64,000 nucleotides of DNA from Podarcis muralis (taxonomy: Eukaryota): assembly GCF_964188315.1 (NCBI RefSeq), contig NC_135657.1:90210001-90274000 (forward strand), given 5' to 3'. The notes beneath the pieces are model-generated. The model worked only from the letters and a program-made list of their open reading frames with translations, ran no database searches and was not told where the DNA came from. The translations under genes were made by a program, and so were the position numbers. Shown here one piece after another: positions 23,201 through 36,659 of the stretch (positions are counted from its first letter, which is position 1; each line of letters opens with the position of its first letter).

Positions 23201-25779
23201 GAAAGACCTGAGTGAGCAGGAGAATGTTAACCCATCGTTATGTGTTTAAGATATCATAAGGGCTAACGTTACAATGCTGCCTTCCAAAATGCTAGATTAC
23301 ATGTCCATTCTGAGGAAGCAGTATTTGAGAATGTGTGAGTGACAGGCACATCCTCTTTCCATTCCTTTCCATTTTTATGAGCCATGTGTAAAATGTGAAG
23401 ATATTCTTCACCCAGTTGGAATCTGTGAGGAGCTGTCCATGGTGCCAGGCAGCCTGGAATAGGATTTCTGTACAGTGGTACCTCAGGTTACAGACGCTTC
23501 AGGTTACAGACTCCGCTAACCCAGAAATAGTACCTCAGGTTAAGAACTTTGCTTCAGGATGAGAACAGAAATCGTGCTCTGGTGGCGCGGCGGCAGCGGG
23601 AGGCCCCATTAGCTAAAGTGGTATCTCCAGAACGAATTAAGTTTTAACCCGAGGTACCACTGTACAGCTTGTGTTCTAGACCCAACACCTTTCTTTCAAA
23701 AGGATCAACGGCTTTCATCATTCTTGCTAGGTTCTGCCCCAGCTGCATTTTCCCTCCTTGCCCCCAACAGAGATCCCCAGAGGACAGCTCCAGCAAGACA
23801 ATTTTACCCCCACCCCACCCCACAATACACATTCTGTCACTATCTTGATGGCTTCTCATTATGTGAAATTGTGTTCTCTGTATTTCTAAGATGAACTTTA
23901 CTGTTACTTTTAGGCTGCGTTGTAAGGTTTTATATCTTGAAAAGTGGAGTGTAAATAATCTCAGAAATAGTGCAGTTTTGCGTGTGTCATTGTCGTCTAT
24001 TTACGATGCCAGTTTAATTCACAATGTTTTGTTTACAAAGGATGCCTTCAAGAGTGTACAAGTTGCTACCTTTTTGTGGAAGATCCCATTTCACTTCCAA
24101 ACTGATATTAAGTGTCTCTCCCATTCTTCATTTGCCTATGCAGGGTGGCTCATAGCAATTTAAATTTAGCATCTTATAAATTAAGAACTCCTGTGTAATC
24201 ATAAATACTGCAAAATAAATTAAAGGCAGAAAACAAAACAAAATATAACCTTGAAATGAAAAAGCAGGTCCTTAGCAGGGGGAAAATCTGCTGCAATAAA
24301 AATGTGTTTTACCAGCCAGCAAAAGATGGCTAGGCTATGTACATTCATCCTAGGGCAAAGTATTTGATAATGCAGCTACTTGAAAGGCCCTGACACTTGT
24401 AACTAACAACTGGGCCTCAGGTGAGACACAATAATAATAATAACAACAATAAAAATAAAATAAAATACACAAACAATTTTATTATTTGTACCCTGCCCAT
24501 CTGACTGGGTTGCCCCAGCCACTCTGGGCAGCTTCCAACGTCTATAAAAACATCATAAAACATTAAACTTTAAAAGGCTTCCCTCTACAGGGCTGCCTTC
24601 AGATGTCTTCTAAAGGTTACATAGTTATGCATCTCCTTGACAACTGATGGGAGAACATTCCACAGGGTGGGGACCACTACCGAGAAGGCCCCTGCCTGGT
24701 TCCCTGTAACCTCACATCTCGCAGTGAGGGAACCACCAGAAGGCCCAGTGTCTGGGCTGGATGATGGGGATGGAGACTCTCCTTCAGGTCTATCTGTGTA
24801 TCTGAATGCCAACACCAAAAATAAAATTAAAATAAAATAGATTGGTTCATGTGAAAAATACAATCTTCCCTAAGATATTATGTCAGAGCTAGGACCCAGA
24901 AGACAGTGATTCTTCACACTGGCAAATATTTTTCAAGCAGCGTAATTCTACAACATAGCAACATAATAAGCAGCATAACACAGTAGAAATCTCTTTAACT
25001 CAGCCCCTTTATGGATATTTCATTCCCTTTGGGAGAAGCCATATAGATTCTCCCTCCTCCCTTCCTCCCTTGGTTGTGACACCTTTCCCAGATGGTTTCT
25101 GCTTGATATAGCTTCATCGAGATTCCATGAATAATGTTCTGAGCATTTGCCAGAGAGATTGTTGCGCAGTTGGCCTGAGGAGCCATAAGTCCATATCTAT
25201 CTATTAATTTTTAAAGTTTCACCCTGCTTTGTGTGAGCAGATCTGCCTAACACACTTAGCTGCATTATTTTTAAAATATTACATGAAGAAGTCTGTCAGA
25301 ATCTTTAATTATTCAGTTTTGCTTTAGTTAATCCAGAGATAACTTTAATTAAAATACTACCGTAAAAACGTAGCGAAGCGAAGCTCTACGCAATGCTGAT
25401 ACAGTATATTGTCATTAAAGTTAGACTCTCTCAGATGATTTTTTTATTAAATAATTGAAGCTGTTCTAGTTCCTGTTTTAAAGCTTTTTTTTCTACTTTC
25501 CCCCACCTCCAAGACAAGGAATCTTTTTACCCAATGATAGACATCAACTGGTGGTCAGAGAATGCAGTCATCCTGGCTCGCTGTTCAGGTGCTTTGACAG
25601 TGTCATCAGTGAAGACCTTGAAAAACCTGTTGGGCAAATCCTGTGAATGGTTTGAAAGTTCCCCTCAGGTCACCTCTGCTCATGATGGTGGATTTCTAAG
25701 TTTGGAGGTAGGGAACACTGGCAGAAATGTCATATTTCTATGTGTGGAATGTCATCGCCTTCATGTGTAAGTCTCCTAT

Positions 25780-25822
<43 letters not shown>

Positions 25823-28800
25823 GCATTTTAGATGGACTTCAGGACTGAGATGCATTTGATAATGTCCCTATTCAATTTTTTTATTATTATTTCATTGTGT
25901 TTATGAAATGTTTTTTCCGTAATATTATCTCAAAGCAATTTCACAGTGGCAACATTGAGAATAAAAACAATTCCATGTGTACAAACAATTTCATATGTAA
26001 AACCAATTTCAAATCCAATATAAATACAGACTGGGGTAGTTCTGACTGGGATGTCACAGAGAACCATGGCTTTTTCCAAGGTGAAGTAGCTGCAGAGAGC
26101 CTCCAGCCTTCTCTGGTGTGGCTGCGAGAAGTTGACCTGGACGCTTTATATTTTTAAAATAAATTTTATTTTGACAAAGTAATAATCGTAAATAAATAAG
26201 AATAAAAATGTGCACCCCACCACCAAGACCATTCCATTGTAACTATCCAACCTCCCAAAACTTCAACACCTCTTGAGATGGTTTGACCCCTTCCCGTTTT
26301 AATAGTACAAATTCTACAAACACCTTCCATAACTCCTCAAAATCATTTCTCCTCTGTATTCCCCATCTTACCTTAATGGCACATGTCAACTTATCATTAA
26401 TAGCTATACCCCACACCACTTTATACCATTCTGCCATTTTATATTCTGCTTGCCCCTTCCACTTCCTAGCTATCATAACTTGTGCAGCTGTCGATAAATT
26501 TGTGAGCAAGTCCTTCATAGCCTGTGAACCTTCCATCCCATCATAAATTGATAATTATGCTACCTCTGAACTTTTGGTCAGCTTTAACCCAGTGATTTCT
26601 GTTATCTCCTTAAACACCCTTTGCCAAAAAATTAATACATATTTATACCTCCACTACATGTGAACATAATGCCCCATTTTCTGGCATCCCTCCAACATAA
26701 CATAACATAACACCGAATATTCCTGACCTGGACACTTTATGTCGAAACCTGGCAAACTCTTGTAAATCTTACCTATGCTCTGTCTGAAACAAGCCAGCTT
26801 CATAATCTGTGAACCACGTTAAAATAACCCTATCTCTGCTTCATCTGTGCCTCCACACACAGCCATTTTACTTCATGAGTGAGCAAGCAAGCTACATCTG
26901 AACCAGGTGGGTACTCAACCAAGTTTCACTCAGTAACTCATTGGAATTAAGGAACATGGATAAATTAAGTCTGTTAATTCCAGTGGCTCCACTCCGAGTG
27001 AAACTTAGTTGAATACCTGCCCAGGAACTATAGCTAATGGCTTTGGAACAAGCCATGCTTTGAAGTTGGCTTAACACCCTGGCTTATTCTGAGGATGTAA
27101 ATCATAATTTCACAATTAAGACTCAACAGGAAACTGTAGTTAGTCTGGTGTTTTCCAGCTCATGAAAAGGGACAAACAAAGTGTCTGTGATGGAACTACA
27201 AGGATCATTTGTTAACTTGTTAAACTGACAAATGACCACTTTAGCTTGACTGTGGTTAGCTTGTTCTTAACAAGCCATATATAAGATTTACTGCATTCTG
27301 TTGGATTTCGATGAAATGGCAAACTGGCCTTAATAAAAAACAGACACAGGACATTCCAATCTCCTCACAGCCATGCACAGTTGGGGAGTGTGTGAGATCA
27401 AGGCTAACTGTGGCTTATCCCTGTTAGGATAAACCATGGTTTATTGTGACATTCCAAAGTAGCTGGCTGACTTTAATTTACTGGCAAAAAATAAATTAAT
27501 TTAATCTATAGTAAAGTGACACACAACTATGGAAAAGTTAATTCTGATTACATATTGTGGGTTCTTTTTGTTGAACTCAAAACTTCGGATGGTATGAGTA
27601 ACAAGCTCTAAGTTATCCATAGTTAATAAATCTCATCTACAGTATCAAACTTTAGCTCTTTCTGCCCTCCCCCCAGCCAATGAGACTAAATTAATTTGTT
27701 TAATTTAACTCTTCCCCCCCCCCTAGAGTTCTATCCTAACACCCTTATATTTATATACTTCTGGAACATCAAAAATGAAGCATACATCATTGGAACATAA
27801 TTTTTAATTCTCCTTTTTAGCACCAGCTGAGCATTGGAGAGTTAAATCAAGAGTCAGTAGTGTCACATCTTTCACTCAGCAATTTAGTGGATATTTTAAA
27901 AATGCCTTCAATTAGCTAGCCTGTCTTCTTCTGAATAGTTGCCGTTGTTGAGCGAGACTTTTGTTCCCTTTATATTAAACATAATGTCTGTGCATATGAC
28001 GTTTGTATGCATCTGATGTGTCTCCTTTTGTTAATCCTTTACCTTGTCATCTTGTAATTTCCTCAGGGCTGTCTGCCTTTCAAATACTGAGGTGTTTTTT
28101 TTAAAAAAATTATTTCCCCTCTAGTTCTTTTATTCCTGTTTCTTATGTTTCTTTGTGTATCAGCAGTGCCACTATTTCTCTTAAAACTAAAGATCTTGGT
28201 GCCATCCTTTTCACGATGATCTAAGTCTCGTTTTCAAGTTGTCAGATAATGCTAAATTCCCTTTTTTTCTGCCCATGCTCCATTCCCTTATTAAATAATG
28301 TCTTAATTACAGTGGTACCTCGGGTTACAGACGCTTCAGGTTACACATGCTTCAGGTTACACATGCTTCCGCTAACCCAAAAATAGTGCTTCAGGTTAAG
28401 AACTTTGCTTCAGGATGAGAACAGAAATCATGCTCTGGCGGCAGCAGGAGGCCCCATTAGCTAAAGTGGTGCTTCAGGTTAAGAACAGTTTCAGGTTAAG
28501 AACAGACCTCTGGAACGAATTAAGTACTTAACCCGAGGTACCACTGTATTGTTGTGGGGGTTTTTTGGGGGTTGCAATTTTGTACTCTCTTACCTGGGAG
28601 TAGGTACCATTAAGCTCACTGAGGCTTACTTTTGAATTGACGAATAGGAATGTTCTCTAGCCATCCCTTTTCTGTCTAAGCCACTTGCTCCTATATTGTG
28701 TTCTGCTGCCCACCTGCTTTCTCTAGCTTTCCCCTTATTATTCATTTGATTTCGTTCTAGTATTCTCATTCGTCCTTGCTTCTTTCGGGGCTTTTTTCTT

Positions 28801-31768
28801 CATGAACTCTTTAGCGGCCTATATAAATGTACTTGTTCTCATTCTCTCTCTCCCTCTCCCTCAGATGCTTGAAGGTTCATTTGTCCGAGGTAGTCTATGC
28901 TCAGTTGTTTTTAGTGTTATCCTATTTTTATCCCTCCCTCCCTCATTAGAATGTAAAACTGCTGGGCAACGTCTGGCTACCTGCATTGCTGAAGCTATAA
29001 TCATACATGGCACTGTGTAGTTTTGAAGCAAGGTTTGAGGCAAAAGTGCAAAGCTTCATGTGCCTTTTTCATTGTTGTTCATTCAGATATACTGCTGCAA
29101 CTCAATTACATGTAATGATAGATCTTTCCGCTTCATAATCTTGCTTTAAAACTTGTATTCAGTTTCAGATATTTCAGTATCATATGCTTCCTATGTGACC
29201 TTGTGATTAGACGATACAGTGATATCTATATATTTATAACAAGAAATGGAACTTCTTTCCTTTCAGAATGTTTAAACCCTAACCCAAAATGCGAATTCTA
29301 TGGCAGTTTACATAAAAAATATAAATACACTATTAAAGCAACCAGTAAAAAACAAAACAAAACCATAACCTAATAAATAATAAACTAGAAAACACAACTA
29401 CTATTCAGCCAACTAATACAATACAGATTTCTCTTTTTTTCTTCAAAAAAATGGGCCTGGGCAAAGGAAAACCTGGTACCAAAAATAATGCAATGACAGT
29501 GCTTGTCTTACTTTTAATATCAAAGGCAATAGGGCATTCCAAGGAGACCTACTAATTCTTACAAAATGTATTTATTAAGCATGTCCTAGTCCTTATGAAT
29601 GTACTTAGCACTGGGGTTGTGCTAATGGCCCTTCCTTCTAATAACTTTGCTCTGTATGTAGCCACTGCTGGATGCTTGAGAAGGAAATTCATTTTCTGGA
29701 GCTGGTTTCTTTTTGGTCCCAGAAGCTTTGAGAATTGTGGTGGTGGCTTATTGCCTCTCTGTGTGCTGAAGCCTGACAGACTTAAGTGTGATACATTGTG
29801 CTGTTTAGTAAGAATTGCTTTCCTCGTAGTGCGAGGTGAAGCTGGCTCCAAAGAGATCGCGCTTGGATAGCAGGCCCGGTGATGAAGACGAAGGAGAAGA
29901 TGACTCCGATTCGGACGACGAAACTTCTGCCAAGGCCCGGTATTTTGGCTACCTTAAGCAAGGCTTGTACTTTGTGACCGAAATGGAGCGCTTTGCTCCT
30001 CCGCGGAAACGTCCGCGCACTATCATAAAGAATTACCGCCTCGTAAACCTGAGGTCCACGACTCCTGAGGAGCTGTACCAAAGAAAGGTGAGAGTGAGAC
30101 ATTCTGCCCTCCCTTTTCTCACGTGATCATTAATTTTCTTACCACAGGGCACTTGGGTCTTAGTTCAGCTGGACATGTTTCGGTAGCATTGGTTTAAACC
30201 AGGGTTTCCCAAACTTGGGTCTCCAGGTGTTTTTGGACTACAGCTCCCATCATCCCTAGCTAGCAAGGGTCAGGGTTGATAGGAATTGTAGTCTGAAAAC
30301 AGCTGGAGACCCAAGATTGGGTAACATTGGTTTAAACAGAACTATCTTCCAAGCTATTTTGATGTGTCTTAATTAGTTTGTCATTGCATTCGTATTTCGA
30401 AGAGTACTGGGGTTGTTTGTCAGTGTGGTGTTTGTCAGTGTGGTGTAGTGGTTAAGAACAGTAGACTTGTAATCTGGTGAACCGAGTTCAATTCCCTGCT
30501 CCTCCACATGCAGCTGCTGGGTGACCTTGGGCCAGTCACACTTCTTGAAGTCTCTCAGCCCCACTCACCTCACAGAGTGTTTGTTGTGGGGGAGGAAGGG
30601 AAAGGAGAATGTTAGCCGCTTTGAGACTCCTTCGGGTAGTGATAAAGTGGGATATCAAATCCAAACTCTTCTTCTTCTCTTCTTTATATTCCACCTTTTC
30701 TCCAAGGAACTTAAGGTGGTGCACATCATTCTCCTGTTTTTCATTTAATCCCCACAACATCCATGTGAGGCGGGTTAGGCTGAGAGTCAGTGACTGACCC
30801 AAGGACAGCCAGCAAGCTTCATGACTGTGTGGGGATTTGAACCTTGGTTTAACGTACAGTGAAAAGCAGGAGGTACTTTCTAGTCATGATGCTGAAGCAG
30901 CATAGTTCCTGTAAGGTCTTTCTCGTTCATTTCCCCCCTCCCAATCAATAAATGTGCAGGTGTTACTCGTTTGTTGCAAATGCTTTTTCCTCAAGATACA
31001 ATTTCTGCTGTGGGGATCTCACATTTCTTCCCCTGAGCATTTGAAGCATATTATATTGTTCCTGGATGAAATGAATCCCTTCCTCTTAAGATTGTGCAGC
31101 CTTTGATTTGAGACTGCTGTGTAAAATGAAGGGTCATGGGCACCTGCTATATATGGATTGTAATGAAACCCATTGTCTAGTGGATCAGACACTGCACAAT
31201 TGTTTTTGACTGGCAAAAGGGTATTCTGGGTTGGGAAATGATCTTCCTGATTCTCTGAATAATGCTAAACCTGTTGTACATGCTGCTTTTCTTATAGAAA
31301 GTTGACTCTCTTGTAATGGAGCCTGCAGTGATTGCTTTGATTTCATTATGCTTTGTTTGTAGATTGATAATGAAGAATACGGAGAAGCTTTGTCGCTGGC
31401 TCAAACATACGACCTTGATTCTGACCTTGTTTATCAGAGGCAATGGAGGAAATCGGCTGTTAGCATTGCTTCTATTCAGGATTATCTGGTATGTTCTCTT
31501 AGGGGAAGGTAGTTTTTATGCTAGCCTTTCTGAAGCTCATGCCCTGCACTGCAGATGTTTTGCACTACAATGCTCATTGGGTGGGATTCACCTAACATGC
31601 CTTTGTCAGCAGAAACTTCCACTTGTGCAACAGGACTTCCCCCTCCCCCAGCCATGTTAAGAACAGACCTCCGGAATGAATTAAGTACTTAACCTGAGGT
31701 ACCACTGTAATTTTATGTTGTGAGCTGCCGTGAGATCTACAGGTGAAGTGCAGTATACAAATTTAAGA

Positions 31769-31805
<37 letters not shown>

Positions 31806-34800
31806 TCATCCTTTATAAATGTCTACTGATGTGTTCTCTGTAGTCCAGTTGATTTGATCTCCAAATCACAATTAGGGATGAGTGGGAGGTAAAAAAAGGT
31901 AATTGTTAGTGTAACACAGCTTTTCCCAAAGGTGGATCTCCAGCTATTTTTGGACTATAACTCCCATCATCCCTAGCTAGCAAGACCAGTGGTCAGGGAT
32001 GGTGGGAATTGTAGTCTGAAAACAGCTGGAGACCCAAGTTTGGGAAACACTGGTGTGACATCTGCAGGAAAGGCTAAATGGTACAGCAAATACTTTGAAT
32101 GTAGAAAATCCCAGGTTTGAACCCTGATGTGTAGGGTTAGGTGAGACCCTTCTCTGAAAACCCATAGAGTGGTTGTCAGTCATTGAAGATTATATTCAGC
32201 CAGACAGACTGAAGAGTTTGTATCTGTTAAGCACAGAAAGCTGCCTTATTCAATGTGCTCTCAGGATCGTATACACCCTTGCTATCAGTCTACTCTAATG
32301 AATCATTTGTGTCTCCCCCCACCCCTCGGTTTTTTTGTTTGTTTGTCTTTGATGGCATCAGAGCAAAATCAATAAGCGTTCTTGGGTCCTTCATGAGTGC
32401 TTGGAAAGAGTTCCTGAGAATGTGGATGCTGCTAAAGAGTTGTTGCAATACGGCTTAAAAGGAACAGACCTGGAGGCGCTCATAGCCATCGGGAAAGGAG
32501 AAGATGGCGGCAGGTTTGTGGAAGCAGATTATCAGCTCTGCTCACTTGGGTCGCTAACCAGATTCAGCAAAGAGCGTAACAATGGTTGTTTATTGTTTAT
32601 TAAATTATTGTTTTATTAAGCGATAAACTGTGATGGATCAATACTAAATGAAGCTTCCCCTTTTTTTGCATGCCAGAATCTCCTGTGAAAACAAGGTTGG
32701 CATGTATGTCTCTCTGTCTCTTTACAAACCTGTAAACTTCCAAATTAGTAAATTGATAGGTTGGGGGAAGAGTTGGATGAATGCAAAGCAATTCCACCCC
32801 CCTCCCAGAAGTACCATTCTAAGTGTGAAAAATTCTATAGGGACACTCTCTTTGGAACCTAAGTAAATGTCACAGGGAGTTCATGGAGCTTTTAAACTAA
32901 ATATGGCTACTCTTGATCATTGTGCCACAGGTCAAGTCCTACTGATGAGAGAAGGTCATACTAGTTATTTTACGGTGCATACACAAGCCCCTCCAGTATC
33001 TCTAAATCTTCTTAGATCTGATAAGATTGGGAACAGAATCGCTAAGGGTGCAGGCCTGACTGTCATAGCTAAGTTCCCATTCACAAACGCCACAAATTCT
33101 TTTTTCCTTTCATACTTTTTGGGGGGGATGTTTCATATTTGTAGATGTTTCCTTTTGCCTGCTTGTTTTGAAGGGATGAAAAGACCTGTACATTTTGACT
33201 TGTGAGAGCTGTCCTTTTTTTAGTTGGGTGCTATTTCAGGATATATATTTTTTAATATATAAAAAAATCAATTGTAATCTAGAAGATAGAAAGCTCTTTA
33301 AAAAACCCCAAACTTTTCTTGATCAAATAACCAGTTCCCCATTCATTGATTTTCGTTCCTAGGTTTATCTTGCCAGGTGATGTGGACATTGATGAACTGC
33401 TTTTTGAAGAGTTTTTAACTCCTGAGGAAGAAGCAGAGAGTAGGAAGGAGCGAGAAGCCATGAAGCGTCAAGAACTTCTTCAATCAGTAAACTTCTCCAA
33501 GTAAATGTCAGGCTGGGTGTCCTCTTGCTATATTGCTAGAAATATATGCAAAAATCCCTCCCAAAGAGAGGACATTTTAAAATACATTTCACTTCTAATT
33601 GGATCAAGCTATACATTTTTAATTGGCAGTGTATTTTGAAAATAGCTCATCTTTCTGAATTTCCCATTCAGATTTAAAAAATGGAGAAGGATTCCACTAT
33701 GCAGCTCTCATTGCATGCAGGCAAAGGGCCTGATCCAGCCTTCATTGCAGCTGGTTGCTCTGGATTCAGATGAGTGTCTGAATTCACATCCATTGGCAAG
33801 TCATGGCAGTGCAGACAGACGATACTGACATATGAATACACAACTCTGTGTGCATTCCTGCTTATGCCTTTGAGGGCATCTCTGAACCAATTGAATCTGA
33901 TTGCATTGTATATACATTCATTCATCATAAAATTTATCCATCGCTTGATGGTGAAAAGCCTCAAAGCAATTTACAAAGAGATGAAACAGTAAGATCAGGA
34001 AAAATGTGCAATGCATCAAAGGATACGAAAAGTTAAAATTAAAATTCACAAATTTGGCCAAACAATTATGTTTTTACCAGGCACCAAAAAGAGTACAGTG
34101 GAAGTACCTGCTCGATAGCAAAAGGCAGGGAGTTTCAAATTGTAGGTGCTGCCACAGTAAATGATCAAGTTTTTTTTTTACAAGTAGGGGCTTGCTTGTA
34201 TAAAATCGTACACCTCCCCCGCCCCCCCCCAAAAAAAAACCAACCCCAAATACTCAGTGCTGCCGATTCTGTATTTCTTTATATATTGCCTTTCTCTCTC
34301 TCCTCCCCCTTTTAAAACAGGTTAACATTGGAACAGAAAGAACTTTGCCGGAGCAGATTGAAACTGCTAACGTATTTGGATCGGCTAGCAACATACGAGG
34401 TTTGGAAAATTGTGGATTGCATTTGTTATCTGCAACTCACTATATAGCGCCCTCAGGACCTTTTACTCTGATAGTTTAGCTTTCATGTTTTCAGCTCTGA
34501 TTTTCGGTGGTTCTAAATAACGAGGCAGGCAACACCATTATTGCACTCCAACATATTCTTCTCATACGTTATGTTGCATAATTTGCATTGCAGCACATTC
34601 TGTCTCTCTTTCTCTCTCTCCTCCCCATCCTGTCTTCTTTCTCCTAGCAAACTATACTTAAGGCCCCGGTATTTAAAACCTGTCCTTCTGTTTTTAGCGC
34701 ATTGCATGTGTGTGAGAGCTGTAGTGAAAATATGCAACCAACTTACCAGTCTGTGGTGCACCCAGTTGCTCAGACCACTGCATCATTGCTTAAGAGTGTA

Positions 34801-36620
34801 AGAGTGCAGCAGGACAGTCGACCTTTGGGTTGTTAAAATTACAGATAACCAGCAGAAGGCAGGGGCATGTATAATGGGAGCCAGGAGCTCTCCTCCAACC
34901 CAAGCCCAGTGTTCCCCTCCCATTTCTAGTAAATCTTTCTCGCTTTCCAGAGGACCACACGTGCCAACAAAGTTTCAGGAAGTTCACTGTGTCATGTTCT
35001 GTTGAGGAACTAATCAGCCTTGTAAAATGTTTCCGATGATTTTTCCTTCAGGAAATTCTTGGTGGGCCACACGTTGCCGAACAGAGATATGACGCAGAGT
35101 TCTTCAAGAAGTTCCGGAATCAGAATATTGTTCTTTCTGCAAGAACATATGCTCGGGTATAAATTATTTCACAGCAAAATTTTGAGATGTGACTTGCCTT
35201 TCTATTTGTACAATGCGTGTCTGTCAGAAAAAAATGGGTTGCATTTAGGACAGACCGTAATTAATAGAGGTAATGCTTTTTGTAGTTTATCTCTGATAAG
35301 AGGGAATAATAGGGCCTCTCTAGGTTACTTTCCCCACGGTTTTATCCCAGGCGACAGATGTCATGTCTGAAGAAACATGGGAAAGTTGTCAGTGAGGCCA
35401 TTTGCACCCATACTTATTGCCAGTGGTAATATATGAGACCCTTTCGGCAATGGGCAAAGCAATCCAGTCCTAGCTGGGTGCCAAGTGGAGCTACATCCAC
35501 CTCTGTTGCTGTGGGTGGGGGACGGAAAAAGCCTGCTCAGGTTACGCTAGCAAGGGACTGGCATAGTTATTGTGTCCAGTTGTTGGCCCAGTGGCATCAA
35601 CTGATGCAGTAGGACTGACTTGGAACACAACACTTTGGAGCAGGGATTGGGATTAGTCCCCCTGCCCACCTTTGAGTAATGGATATATTCCTTGGATGAA
35701 AGGCCATCAAATAAAATAACAATAGCAATATTATTATAATAATTTAATTATTTATACCCTGCCCATCTGGCTGGGTTTCCCCAGACACTCTGGGCGGCTT
35801 CCAACAGAATATTAAAATACAGTGGTCTATTAAACATTAAAAGCTTCCCTAAACAGGGCTGCCTTCAGATGTCTTCTAAAAGTCTGGCAGTTGTTCTTCT
35901 CTTTGACATCTGGTGGGAGGGCGTTCCACAGGGCGGGTGTCACTACCGAGAAGGCCCTCTGCCTGGTTCCCTGTAACTTGGCTTCTTGCAGCGAGGGAAC
36001 CAAGTGGGAGACATCTGTCATCTAGTGGCTGAAGAAAGGGAATTCACCAAAACTGAAATAGTAGCTTCATTGCCATTGGCCGCAGTCCATTTCCTGTCCT
36101 TATCCAGGATGGATACCTCTGGTGTAGCTGCTCTGTTTTTTCTTCGAGCGCGTCATTGGTGTTTTCTTCCATCTCCTACTTTACCTTCATTTATCCAGTC
36201 GTCTCTTCTTGCCTTTGGGAGTAAAAAAAATTAAGAGTCCCTTTTGTATTTACCCTACTCCTGCTTTCCTCTCATTCTGGCAGTCTGGCTGCCCCTGTCC
36301 CAGCTGTTTGTTTTCTTTTCATCTGTCCTAGATTTCCCACTCAGTCCACTTGGTTGCTGTCTTCTCCTGTAATCCCCCCTCCCCCAAAAAGCAATGCTTC
36401 CTCCTTCGACATTGGTAAATTTCCTGTCCTCAGCCACTATATGGTAGCTGTGTCCTTAGTCCAATAAAACAACCAATGGCATTTTTTCTTTCAGAGCATT
36501 CATGAAATATGTTTAGTTTCTGAACAGCACAAGAAAATGATCAGGGCAGAAGGGAATGCATAGCTAATACTCTGGCCTGTGGGTTTTTTATATGAGAATT
36601 ATGCCATCTCCCATAATTTG

Positions 36621-36659
<39 letters not shown>

